A DNA stretch of 57,761 bases. It comes from an uncultured Dehalococcoidales bacterium. GTDB lineage: Bacteria; Chloroflexota; Dehalococcoidia; Dehalococcoidales; JAUYDJ01. Positions 44,546 to 53,236 of this stretch are shown piece after piece. Both the position numbers and the translations under genes were made by a program. Numbering within the stretch: the stretch's first letter is position 1; the number at the start of each line of letters is the position of its first letter. The stretch is taken from contig CAZMTT010000001.1 of assembly GCA_964569555.1 (NCBI GenBank), forward strand, positions 1 to 57,761. Direction: 5' to 3'. The notes beneath the pieces are model-generated. The model had not been told where the DNA came from, ran no database searches, and saw only the letters and a program-made list of their open reading frames with translations.

Positions 44546-45546
44546 GCCGTTTCCCCCAGCAGCTCTCTAACCTTATCGGTGAAGGCGGGGACTACTTTTT
44601 TCCAGTCACCGACGACACCGAAGCGGGCTTCACTGAAGATGTTTGCCTCCGGGTCTTTATTGATGGCGATAATATTTTTGCAGCCGGAGCAGCCGCTGAT
44701 GTGCTGGCTGGAGCCGGAGAGGGCGACGGCAATATAGAGCTTGGGGGCGACAATCTTACCGGTCAGCCCGATCTGGAGTGTTTCCGGGACCCAGCCGTTA
44801 TCACAGGGGGGTCGGCTGGCGCCTGTTGCCCCCTTCAGTAGCTGGGCCAGCTCGCGTAGCTGTTGAAAGCCTTCTGTTCCGCCCATCCCCCGGCCGCCGG
44901 TGACAATCACCTCGGCCTCTTCCAGCTTGATGCCGGTGACTTCCTCGGCGACTTTTTCCAGCACCCTGGTCCTGATTGTCTGGGGGTCTGGTTCGGCGTC
45001 AATACTGACAATCTCCCCCTGCCTTGAGTCATTGCGGGGCAGGGGCGACATGGCTCTGGCTCTAATAGAGGCTATCTGGGGCAGCGACTTGGCGGTGATG
45101 ACCGCCATGACATTGCCCCCGTAGACCGGTTTGGTCGGCAGCAGCTGCTTTGAGCGGGGGTCGATATTAAGCTCAATGCAGTCCAGAGTCGCCGTTGTGC
45201 CCAGCCTGAAGGCGAGGCGGGGGGCTAAATCGCGCCCCACCGATGTCTGCCCCATAATGACCACCCGCGGCGTTGCCTGTTTGATTACCTTTTCCATAGC
45301 GGCGACATATGAATCCGTCTGGTAGTCTTTGAGCAGGGGGTGGTCGGCAACATATACCTTATCGGCACCGAAGGCGATGGCTTCTTTGGCGAAATTCTCC
45401 ACCTCGCTGCCTACCAGAACGGCGGCTAGCTCCTCACCCAGCTCATCAGCCAGCTTTCGGCCACCACCCAGCGCCTCGGTAGCCATTGTGGTCAGCTTGC
45501 CCGGGGCAGCTTCGGCATAGATTAAAACGCCTTTGTCTTCAGCCAT
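44542..45546 (-). CDS. etfA: electron transfer flavoprotein subunit alpha
   Basis: C-terminal FAD-binding region: GGRGMGG, GASRPPCDNGW, QIGLTGKIVAPKLYIAVALSGSSQH. Confidence 0.9.
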   Translation of the reverse strand: MAEDKGVLIYAEAAPGKLTTMATEALGGGRKLADELGEELAAVLVGSEVENFAKEAIAFGADKVYVADHPLLKDYQTDSYVAAMEKVIKQATPRVVIMGQTSVGRDLAPRLAFRLGTTATLDCIELNIDPRSKQLLPTKPVYGGNVMAVITAKSLPQIASIRARAMSPLPRNDSRQGEIVSIDAEPDPQTIRTRVLEKVAEEVTGIKLEEAEVIVTGGRGMGGTEGFQQLRELAQLLKGATGASRPPCDNGWVPETLQIGLTGKIVAPKLYIAVALSGSSQHISGCSGCKNIIAINKDPEANIFSEARFGVVGDWKKVVPAFTDKVRELLGETA

Positions 45547-45556
45547 GATTAATAAC

Positions 45557-46357
45557 CTAAATCAGCTTTGCCTCTCTCAGCCGGAGGGCAAGGTTAGCCC
45601 CGGCCTCTTCGGCGGATTCCCCTTCCATAAGCTCGCATTTAACGCCGCGGACGGGTTGAAATAGCCTGGCTATCTCAGTGCGCCGGCCGGCGGCACCGGT
45701 CAGGGCTGGCTCTATGCCGATATCAGCCGGTTTCCAGACGGTGGGCTCAATCTTTTTGGCGGCCAGACTCCTCTTGATGGTGGGGTAGCGGGGCTCGCCA
45801 ATTTCATTGCTTACCGTCAGCAGGGCGGGCAGGGCTACCTCAACTACCTCATAGCCGTCATCGGTAACCCTCTCTACCTTTGCCTTGCCCTGGCTGACAT
45901 CTATTTTTTTGGCCAGGGTTACGCCGGGCAGCCCCAGTATTTCGGCGATACCGGAGCCTACTTGGCCGGCGTTGGTATCGGCCGCCTCTCTGCCGCACAG
46001 GATGAGGTCGTAGCCGCCTATTTTCTTAATCGCCGCCGCCAGGGCGCCGGCGGTGGAGTAGCTATCGCCATCGGCAAACGCCTCGTCCTCGAGCAGGACA
46101 AGCCGGTCGGTGCCCATAGCCAGCGGTTTCTTGACGATGTCGGCAATCAGGTTGACGCCAAGGCTTATCGTGGTCACTTCGCCGCCGAGGGCATCTTTGA
46201 TTTTGAGGGCGGCTTCAACCGCATACTCGCTGTAGGGGTCGACTACCGCCGGTACCCCCGCCGAGGGCACCACCTTGTTGCCGGACGGGTCAATCTTGAA
46301 GCTTGAAGGCGGGGCTTCCGGGTCAATTACCTGTTTGACGCAGACGATGATATTCAT
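45557..46357 (-). CDS. etfB: electron transfer flavoprotein subunit beta
   Basis: MNIIVCVKQVIDPE, LILCGREAADTNAGQVG. Directly upstream of etfA. Confidence 0.9.
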   Translation of the reverse strand: MNIIVCVKQVIDPEAPPSSFKIDPSGNKVVPSAGVPAVVDPYSEYAVEAALKIKDALGGEVTTISLGVNLIADIVKKPLAMGTDRLVLLEDEAFADGDSYSTAGALAAAIKKIGGYDLILCGREAADTNAGQVGSGIAEILGLPGVTLAKKIDVSQGKAKVERVTDDGYEVVEVALPALLTVSNEIGEPRYPTIKRSLAAKKIEPTVWKPADIGIEPALTGAAGRRTEIARLFQPVRGVKCELMEGESAEEAGANLALRLREAKLI

Positions 46358-46442
46358 AATATCCGGTGCTCTACTTTTAGAGGTGAGCTAAATAGGTGAA
46401 CTAAATGAATAATTTAGCAGTTCAGGTGGCTTGCTGTCAAAC

Positions 46443-47288
46443 TCAGGGGGGTGGGGCAGTCGGGGATAGAATCACCACCCGCGCGGTACCGCTCAGGTCG
46501 GGAAAGATTTCTATCCCGGCTGAGGGGAAAAGGCGGCGCAGAAGGGCGATTACCGCTCTCTCTTGCCCCTGCCCGATTTCAAGCAATAAAAACCCCTGGG
46601 GATGCAGCCGGTTACTCACCTGCCGGCACAGCTTCTCTATCTGGGCTAAGCCGTCGGCGCCCCCGTTCAGGGCAAGCTCGGGCTCAAAATCACTCAGGCG
46701 GGACAGCTCGGCCTGGCTCACGTAGGGCGGATTGGCGGCGATGATGTCGACTGCTTCGGGAAGCGGCTCAAGCATATCGCCCTGCAGAAGGTGGACTCTA
46801 TCGGCTACCCCGTGTCGCTGGCAGTTAGAGAGGACAACCTTCAGGGCAGCCTCGGAGATATCGGTGGCGTAGATTTTAGCCCGGGGCAGGTTCAGGGCCA
46901 GGCTGATGGCAATCGCCCCGCTGCCGGTGCCGATTTCGGCAATAGATGCTGCGGGGTGCGTCTGTGCTAAAGCAAGCGTTTTTTCCACCAGCAGCTCGCT
47001 CTCCGGTCGGGGGATAAGGACACGAGAGTCAACGTAAAAATCAAGACCGTAGAACTCGCGGTGTCCGGTGATATAAGCAGTAGGCTCGCCGCTTAAACGG
47101 CGCTTAACCAGAGCCCAGAATTTTTTGGCTTGAGCCGGCTTTATCTCGCACTCGGGGTCCTGGTATAGCTCAACCTGACTTATCTCGAGGATGTGTCTTA
47201 ACAGCAGTTCGCTTTCCAGCGGGGCATCTTCAATATTGGCTTCAGCCAGCATTTCCCGGGCGCGGTTAAGGGCCTGTCGGCGGGTCAC
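46443..47288 (-). CDS. prmC: peptide chain release factor N5-glutamine methyltransferase
   Basis: PTAYITGHREFYGLDF, IGTGSGAIAISLA, IIAANPPYV (NPPY). 4-nt overlap with prfA. Confidence 0.9.
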   Translation of the reverse strand: MTRRQALNRAREMLAEANIEDAPLESELLLRHILEISQVELYQDPECEIKPAQAKKFWALVKRRLSGEPTAYITGHREFYGLDFYVDSRVLIPRPESELLVEKTLALAQTHPAASIAEIGTGSGAIAISLALNLPRAKIYATDISEAALKVVLSNCQRHGVADRVHLLQGDMLEPLPEAVDIIAANPPYVSQAELSRLSDFEPELALNGGADGLAQIEKLCRQVSNRLHPQGFLLLEIGQGQERAVIALLRRLFPSAGIEIFPDLSGTARVVILSPTAPPP

Positions 47289-48355
47289 ACCAGTTGCGCC
47301 TCCATCTGTTTCGCCTGTTCACTGGTGGCGATGGTATCGATGAGTTCGTCAAGCTCTCCGTCCATAATCCGGGGCAGGTTGTGCACGGTCAAATCAATGC
47401 GGTGGTCGGTAATACGGTCCTGGGGGTAGTTATAGGTCCTGATTTTTTCGGCGCGGTCGCCGGTGCCCACCTGGGAGCGGCGCTGAGCCGACATTTCCTG
47501 TTCCTGCTTGCGTAGCTCTATATCCAGCAGCCGGGCGCGGAGCACCGCCATTGCCTTGGTCCGGTTTTTCAGTTGCGAGCGTTCATCCTGGCAGGTGGCG
47601 ATAATCCCGGTGGGCAGGTGGGTGATGCGTACCGCGGTGGCTACCTTGTTGACATTCTGTCCCCCCGCCCCCCGGCTGTGGAAGAAGTCAGTCTTGAGGT
47701 CATCGGGGTTAATGTCAACCTCTATCTCATCGGCTTCGGGTAGGACGGCCACGGTGGCGGTTGAGGTGTGAATCCGGCCGGAAGACTCGGTAACCGGTAT
47801 CCGCTGTACCCGGTGGGTTCCCCTTTCATACTTAAGGCGGCTGAAGGCACCCTTCCCCTTTACCTCAAAGATGACTTCCTTGAAGCCGCCGATGCTGCTT
47901 TCATTGCTACTGATGACATCTACGCCCCAGCACTTGTTTTCGGCATAACGGCTATACATGCGGAAGAGGTCAGCGGCAAAGAGAGCCGCTTCATTACCGC
48001 CCGCCCCGCCCCTGATTTCCACGATGATGTCTTTTTCATCATTGGGGTCTTTGGGGAGCAGTGCCCGCTTCAGCTCCTGAAGCAGGTTCGCCAGCTTGGC
48101 TTCAAGGCTGTCTATCTCCTGCTTGGCCAGGGCTCTCATCTCTTCATCCAGTTCGCCGCTCAGCATCTCCCGGGTTTCCGCCAGTGCCTTATCGGTGGCT
48201 TTATATTTCCGATACTTGGCGACCACCGTTTTCAGGCTGGCTATCTCCTGAGCCAGCCGTTGCAGCTGTGCCAGGTCGGAGGCTATCTCAGGGTTAGCCA
48301 TCTGGCGGTCTATTTCCTGATAACGCTTCTCAATTTTGGCCAGTCGGTTCAGCAT
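47285..48355 (-). CDS. prfA: peptide chain release factor 1
   Basis: PVTES tripeptide-anticodon context (RIPVTESSGRIHTST), GGQ motif (RGAGGQNVNKV). 356 aa. Confidence 0.95.
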   Translation of the reverse strand: MLNRLAKIEKRYQEIDRQMANPEIASDLAQLQRLAQEIASLKTVVAKYRKYKATDKALAETREMLSGELDEEMRALAKQEIDSLEAKLANLLQELKRALLPKDPNDEKDIIVEIRGGAGGNEAALFAADLFRMYSRYAENKCWGVDVISSNESSIGGFKEVIFEVKGKGAFSRLKYERGTHRVQRIPVTESSGRIHTSTATVAVLPEADEIEVDINPDDLKTDFFHSRGAGGQNVNKVATAVRITHLPTGIIATCQDERSQLKNRTKAMAVLRARLLDIELRKQEQEMSAQRRSQVGTGDRAEKIRTYNYPQDRITDHRIDLTVHNLPRIMDGELDELIDTIATSEQAKQMEAQLV

Positions 48356-48421
48356 GATTTTGTTCTCCGAGACTAATTCTAGCCCTCGCCTCGGCGGCTT
48401 GTCAAAGCAATAACCGGGGGG

Positions 48422-49453
48422 TTATACCGTGGTGCCCGGCTCGATTTTGCTCCCCGGCGCCAGTCTGGTGCCCCGGGTTACGGTGACGTTGTCCCCCAGC
48501 ACTGAGTCTTGGATAACGCAGTCATCTTTTAGCTGGCAGTGGTTGGCTACAATGGAGTTCTTTACTTGAGCCCGGCGTCCTATCTTGACCTGCTGCCAGA
48601 TAACCGATTGTTCAATCAGGGCGTCTTCCTCAATGGTGCAGCCGCTGCCGATAACGGCGGGGCCCTTTATTTGGGCCCTGGGGTTCAGGCTGGTCTTATC
48701 ACCAAGCAGCACCTCTATATTGGGAGTGAGGCCGTAGTCCTGGCTTCTGGCTTTGCCCGCCAGCAGGTCCTGGTTTAACTGGAGGTATCTCTGGGGGGTG
48801 CCGATGTCAATCCAGTAGCCTGAAGAAGGGTAGGCATAGACCGGCTCACCCTGTTCCAGCAGTTGCGGAAACAGCTCGCGTTCAAAGCTGAAGCTGGTCC
48901 GAGGGGGGATGCGGGTGAGGGCATCGGCTTCTATCACATAGATGCCGGCATTTATCAGATGGGTGGTTATCTGGTCGGGGCGGGGCTTTTCCAGAAAGCG
49001 GGTAATCCGGTTCTCATTATCCGTTTCGACCAGACCGTAGCTGGTGGGGTCATCTACCGGGGTGAGGGCAATGGTTACCTTGGCTTTTTTTTGGTGGTGA
49101 AAGCCGACCATAGCGCTAATATCAAGGTCGGTCAGGACATCACCATTGAGCACCAGAAAGGCTTTATTTAGATATTTTTCGGCATTTTTGACCGCGCCGG
49201 CGGTGCCCAGAGGCGCATCTTCGTTGGTGTAGTCAATCCTGATGCCGAACTGGCTACCGTCACCGAAGTAGCCCGCAATGGGTAAGAGGCGGCTCTGGGT
49301 GAGGACTATGTCCCTTACCCCGTGCCGGCTGAGGTAGCGGCAGACAAGCTCCAGAAACGGGGTGTTGAGCACCGGCACCACCGCCTTGGGTATATTCTGG
49401 GTGAGCGGGCGCAGTCTGGTCGCCTCGCCACCAATCAGGATAACTGCCTTCAT
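48422..49453 (-). CDS. sugar-phosphate nucleotidyltransferase (mannose-1-P guanylyl/glucose-1-P-type) with a C-terminal left-handed beta-helix
   Basis: MKAVILIGGEATRLRPLT (GGxGTRL-type). Hexapeptide-like repeats at the C-terminus. Confidence 0.8.
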   Translation of the reverse strand: MKAVILIGGEATRLRPLTQNIPKAVVPVLNTPFLELVCRYLSRHGVRDIVLTQSRLLPIAGYFGDGSQFGIRIDYTNEDAPLGTAGAVKNAEKYLNKAFLVLNGDVLTDLDISAMVGFHHQKKAKVTIALTPVDDPTSYGLVETDNENRITRFLEKPRPDQITTHLINAGIYVIEADALTRIPPRTSFSFERELFPQLLEQGEPVYAYPSSGYWIDIGTPQRYLQLNQDLLAGKARSQDYGLTPNIEVLLGDKTSLNPRAQIKGPAVIGSGCTIEEDALIEQSVIWQQVKIGRRAQVKNSIVANHCQLKDDCVIQDSVLGDNVTVTRGTRLAPGSKIEPGTTV

Positions 49454-49614
49454 TGTTTCTCCTTGTTTCTCCTTAAATCTATCTAAAAAGCGGTTTTGCT
49501 TTACGGTGTATCTATGTTAGCAAAGTTCGGGCGTTACCACAATCAAGTAATATTGTTAGCTCCCTCGCCATAGTGATATAATACAGCAAATTCATAGAGA
49601 GAGGTGAAGCTAGA

Positions 49615-50328
49615 ATCGAAATAATTCCAGCGGTAGACCTGAAAGAGGGCCGGTGCGTCCGCCTCTATCAGGGCAACTTCAGTGAAGAGGTCGTCTACTC
49701 GGAAGACCCGGTGGAGGTGGCTTTAGAGTGGCAATCACAGGGGGCACCTCGGCTGCATATTATTGACCTTGATGGTGCCGCCAGTGGCGAGCTCTGTAAT
49801 CTGGACATCATCAAGCAGCTCGCCAGTGCCATGCTCATTCCCACGCAGGTGGGTGGGGGCATTCGCCGGTTGGAGACGATTGAGCAGCTGCTTAAAGCCG
49901 GGGTGGAGCGGGTTATTCTGGGCACGGTAGCGGTGGAAGACCCCGAGCTGGTTAAAAAGGCGTGCCGTAAATTCAGCGAATCTATTATCGTCAGTCTGGA
50001 TGCCCGGGAGGGGTATATCGCCACCCACGGCTGGCTCAAAGATACCGGGCTGACGGTGGTAGACATAGCCCAGTCTCTGGCCAATCTGGGGGTGAGGCGT
50101 TTTGTCTATACCGATATTAATCGCGATGGCACCCTGACCGAGCCCAATTTTGCCGGTATATTTGAGCTGCTCAGTGCCCTGAGGCAGCCGGTTATCGCCT
50201 CCGGCGGCGTGGCCACGCTGAATCACCTCAAAATGCTCAAATCCCTCGGTGTGGAAGGGGCTATCGTGGGCAAGGCGCTCTATACCGGGGACATCAGATT
50301 AAAGCAAGCCATACGCGACATTTGCTGA
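49615..50328 (+). CDS. hisA: 1-(5-phosphoribosyl)-5-[(5-phosphoribosylamino)methylideneamino]imidazole-4-carboxamide isomerase HisA
   Basis: The in-frame sequence upstream of the first ATG (49711) encodes the conserved HisA N-terminus IEIIPAVDLKEGRCVRLYQG. The ORF is open only from 49582 and has no ATG, GTG or TTG before 49711. ATC at 49615 lies 7 nt after GGTGA. The start is uncertain. Confidence 0.8.
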   Translation: MEIIPAVDLKEGRCVRLYQGNFSEEVVYSEDPVEVALEWQSQGAPRLHIIDLDGAASGELCNLDIIKQLASAMLIPTQVGGGIRRLETIEQLLKAGVERVILGTVAVEDPELVKKACRKFSESIIVSLDAREGYIATHGWLKDTGLTVVDIAQSLANLGVRRFVYTDINRDGTLTEPNFAGIFELLSALRQPVIASGGVATLNHLKMLKSLGVEGAIVGKALYTGDIRLKQAIRDIC

Positions 50329-50345
50329 GTGGAGATAGGGACAAG

Positions 50346-50699
50346 ATGGACAGTATCTGGTCAAAGCTAAAGTTCAACGAAAAGGGGCTTATCCCGGCGG
50401 TAGTCCAGGATGCGGACAGCGGTGAAATGCTCATGCTGGGCTATATGGATGAAGAAGCCCTGCGCCTGACCCTGTCCGGTGATGATGTCTGGTTTTTCAG
50501 CCGCAGCCGGCAGGAGCTCTGGCACAAGGGGGAAACCTCGGGCAACCGCCTTAAGGTGCGCGAGGTATGGCTGGACTGTGATGGCGATACCATCCTGGTT
50601 AAAGCCCACCCCACCGGTCCGGTGTGCCATACCGGCAATAAAACTTGCTTCTTTCAGCAGTTCAACCGGAAAGACGCTGGGACGGAAAAGAAAGCCTAG
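50346..50699 (+). CDS. hisI: phosphoribosyl-AMP cyclohydrolase HisI
   Basis: GLIPAVVQD, WFFSRSRQELWHKGETSGN, DCDGDTILVK, CHTG. The ATG at 50346 has a GGAGATAGGG SD. Confidence 0.85.
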   Translation: MDSIWSKLKFNEKGLIPAVVQDADSGEMLMLGYMDEEALRLTLSGDDVWFFSRSRQELWHKGETSGNRLKVREVWLDCDGDTILVKAHPTGPVCHTGNKTCFFQQFNRKDAGTEKKA

Positions 50700-51577
50700 G
50701 CTTTCTCCTCAGGCTGGTCAACCTCGGTTGCCCTCTTCAGTGAAGCCAGAGCAACCTCTATTTGGCTATCATCGGGTTCTCTGGTGGTCATTGCCTGCAG
50801 CCACAAACCGGGGGCCAGAATGGCTCTGATTAAGCCGTGGCGGTGATAGCGGTTGCCCCAGTAGATAAGTTCATAGCTGAGGGCGGCAATTACCGGGATG
50901 AGCAGGATTCGGGACAGCACCATGAGCCATATTGAGGGCAGACCGACCAGGGTGAAAATGATGATGGCGATAACCAGGACCACAAACAGGAAGCTGGTGC
51001 CACAGCGGGTGTGGGCGGTGCTGTAGGCTTTGACCTTGGCTATCTCTAATGGCACCCCGGCTTCATAGGCGTTAACCGCCTTGTGCTCCGCCCCGTGATA
51101 GGCGAAGACGCGCTTGATATCCGGCACCAGCGTGATTAGCCAGAGGTAGGCGATGAACATACCCAGCCGGATAAAGCCCTCTACCAGGTTGAAGACTACC
51201 GCTGAGGTGATAAAGGAGTGGAGCAGTTTGGTAAGAAAGAGGGGAATGAGAAAGAAGAAAGCCGCGGCCAGGCTCAGGGTAAAGATGAGCATAAGCCAGA
51301 CCCACTTCCCCGAAATTTCCGCCTCCTCTTCCTCCAGGGCAACATTTGCCGAGTAGAGCAGGCTCTGCATGCCCAGGACCATGGCTTCAATCAGGACCAC
51401 AATCCCCCGGAGGAGCGGGGTTTGCCTCATCCAGTTGGTGAAGATGGCGGGCAGTGGTCTGGTGTTAATGGCCAGCTCACCGTTGGGGCGACGCACCGTG
51501 GTGACCACTGTCTTCTGCCCCCGTATCATCACCCCCTCAATGACCGCCTGCCCCCCGTAGTTAAATCTCTGCGCCAT
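50696..51577 (-). CDS. DUF1385-family membrane protein
   Basis: YGGQAVIEGVMIRG N-terminus, YHGAEHKAVN motif, several TM helices. Typical rpmE/prfA neighbourhood. Confidence 0.8.
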   Translation of the reverse strand: MAQRFNYGGQAVIEGVMIRGQKTVVTTVRRPNGELAINTRPLPAIFTNWMRQTPLLRGIVVLIEAMVLGMQSLLYSANVALEEEEAEISGKWVWLMLIFTLSLAAAFFFLIPLFLTKLLHSFITSAVVFNLVEGFIRLGMFIAYLWLITLVPDIKRVFAYHGAEHKAVNAYEAGVPLEIAKVKAYSTAHTRCGTSFLFVVLVIAIIIFTLVGLPSIWLMVLSRILLIPVIAALSYELIYWGNRYHRHGLIRAILAPGLWLQAMTTREPDDSQIEVALASLKRATEVDQPEEKA

Positions 51578-51613
51578 AATAAATAAAAAGGAGCAGTCTC
51601 AGGCGCTGCTCCT
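51578..51613 (-). terminator. rho-independent terminator after rpmE (hairpin also T-flanked on the + strand)
   Basis: On the - strand: AGGAGCAG-9 nt-CTGCTCCT followed by TTTTATTTATT. It abuts the DUF1385 ATG at 51577. Confidence 0.6.
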
Positions 51614-51640
51614 TCCCTGTTTTATTGCTAGCTATTTCAT

Positions 51641-51847
51641 TTAGCCCTGTAGCTTGTAGCGGCGTCGGAACCGTTCCACCCGCCCGGCGGTGTCCATTAC
51701 CCGACGCTCGCCGGTGAAGAAGGGGTGGCACTGGCTGCACACCTCGACCTTTAGCTCCTTCTTGGTGGAGCCGGTAGTAAAAGTATTGCCACAGGCGCAA
51801 GTTACCTTGGCATCAGTATAGTAATTAGGGTGAATCTTTTCTTTCAT
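51641..51847 (-). CDS. rpmE: 50S ribosomal protein L31 (Zn-binding type)
   Basis: [10 protein letters not shown]...CACGNTF...[10 protein letters not shown]. Confidence 0.95.
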   Translation of the reverse strand: MKEKIHPNYYTDAKVTCACGNTFTTGSTKKELKVEVCSQCHPFFTGERRVMDTAGRVERFRRRYKLQG

Positions 51848-51859
51848 CTTACTTAAGCG

Positions 51860-52114
51860 TTATTCAGCGTAAACGCTGACCTTTCGGCGGTTGTTGCTGG
51901 TCGGCTCAAACTTGACCACGCCATCAATCAGGGCGTAGATGGTATAGTCTTTGCCGACACCGACATTATCGCCGGGGTGGATGCGGGTACCCCGCTGCCG
52001 GACCAGTATCGTCCCGGCATTTACCTGCTGCCCGGCAAATCTCTTTACCCCCAGGCGCTTGGCCTGGCTATCCCGACCCAGGCGGCTGGAGCCGCCGGCT
52101 TTCTTATGCGCCAC
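51860..52114 (-). CDS. rpmA: 50S ribosomal protein L27
   Basis: [24 protein letters not shown]...[10 protein letters not shown]. Confidence 0.95.
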   Translation of the reverse strand: MAHKKAGGSSRLGRDSQAKRLGVKRFAGQQVNAGTILVRQRGTRIHPGDNVGVGKDYTIYALIDGVVKFEPTSNNRRKVSVYAE

Positions 52115-52490
52115 TCTTGGTCACCTCTTTCTTCCGGCGTCGCGGAGCCTTCTTAACCGGCTTCTCTTCTTTTGCTCCCGGCTTGACTATCTTGTCAATG
52201 ACCAGCCGGCTGTAGAGCTGGCGGTGCCCGGTCTTCTTGCGGTAGCGCGTCTTGGGCTTGTACTTAAAAACGATAATCTTCTTGTCCTTGCCTTCCCCCT
52301 GCAGGGTAGCCATTATCTTGGCTCCCGCCACCGTGGGGGTGCCTACCGTTACCTTGTCACCGTCACCAATGAGCAAGACCCGGTCCAGTTCAATGGTATT
52401 GCCCTCGGTGACACTCAGACGGTCAACATCTAAAGTCTGCCCCGGCGTTACCCGGTACTGCTTACTGCCAATCTCAATAATAGCGTAAAT
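52104..52490 (-). CDS. rplU: 50S ribosomal protein L21, apparently initiated at ATT
   Basis: The frame continues upstream of the ORF-track TTG (52376) and encodes the conserved L21 N-terminus (I)[22 protein letters not shown] at 52490-52488 lies 6 nt after GGAGG. There is no ATG, GTG or TTG between it and the in-frame stop at 52541-52539. Lys/Arg-rich C-terminal tail. Confidence 0.8.
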   Translation of the reverse strand: MYAIIEIGSKQYRVTPGQTLDVDRLSVTEGNTIELDRVLLIGDGDKVTVGTPTVAGAKIMATLQGEGKDKKIIVFKYKPKTRYRKKTGHRQLYSRLVIDKIVKPGAKEEKPVKKAPRRRKKEVTKSGA

Positions 52491-52538
52491 CGGAAGCCTC
52501 CCAAACCTAGATATTCTACCAATTACGCTGGTGAAGTG

Positions 52539-53135
52539 TCAAATACCAGCTCTATCCGGCCACAATTTGGCTACCCTGGCTTTGAGCTCATCCAGGCTGC
52601 AGTCGGTGTCGATGACCACATCGGCGTGCTTTATTCTGTCTTTAGCGGGCATCTGAGAGCTAATGCGGGCTAGGGCCTGCTTTGCCGACAGCCCGACCTG
52701 CTGTTGCAGCCGGCCCAGCACGGTAGCCTCGGAGGCTACCGTAACCCAGACTTCATCAGCCAGCGCCGTCCAGCCGGCTTCAATCAGCAGCGGCACTTCC
52801 AGGATGACCACTTTGGCTTTCTGCCGGCGGTAGTTTTCCAGCTGCGCCCGGACCGTTTCGTAAAGCCGGGGGTGCATTATCCGGTTGAGCCGGGCCAGGG
52901 CATCGGCGTCGGTGAAGACGATTTCCCCCAGCCTCTCCCGGTCAATCCTGCCCTCGGCGGTAAGAATCTGGTCACCGAAATCAGCCACTATTTCCTGCTG
53001 AAGCTCAATGTCAGATTTCAGGGCTTCGTGGGCGACCTCGTCGGCGTTAATAATAATTGCCCCCATCTCGGCCAGAAATCGGGACACCGTGCTCTTACCG
53101 CTCGCTATACCCCCGGTAAGTCCGATAACTCTCAT
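52539..53135 (-). CDS. coaE: dephospho-CoA kinase
   Basis: MRVIGLTGGIASGKSTV P-loop. 198 aa. Confidence 0.9.
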   Translation of the reverse strand: MRVIGLTGGIASGKSTVSRFLAEMGAIIINADEVAHEALKSDIELQQEIVADFGDQILTAEGRIDRERLGEIVFTDADALARLNRIMHPRLYETVRAQLENYRRQKAKVVILEVPLLIEAGWTALADEVWVTVASEATVLGRLQQQVGLSAKQALARISSQMPAKDRIKHADVVIDTDCSLDELKARVAKLWPDRAGI

Positions 53136-53236
53136 GGCTAACTTTCAGTGTAGCTATTTGGTGGTCAACTGGTCAAGGGAGCGGGGCAGGGTGGTGAGCC
53201 TGAAGTTTGCCTTACGCCGCCCATAGTGTAAACTAG

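Noticed and set aside
47768-48376. 202-aa + strand ORF opposite prfA
   Set aside because: It is antisense to a highly conserved gene, and no motif is recognisable.
52104-52376. Short rplU model starting at the internal TTG (90 aa)
   Set aside because: It would delete the conserved L21 N-terminal beta-strands, which are clearly encoded in frame upstream. See the ATT-start finding.
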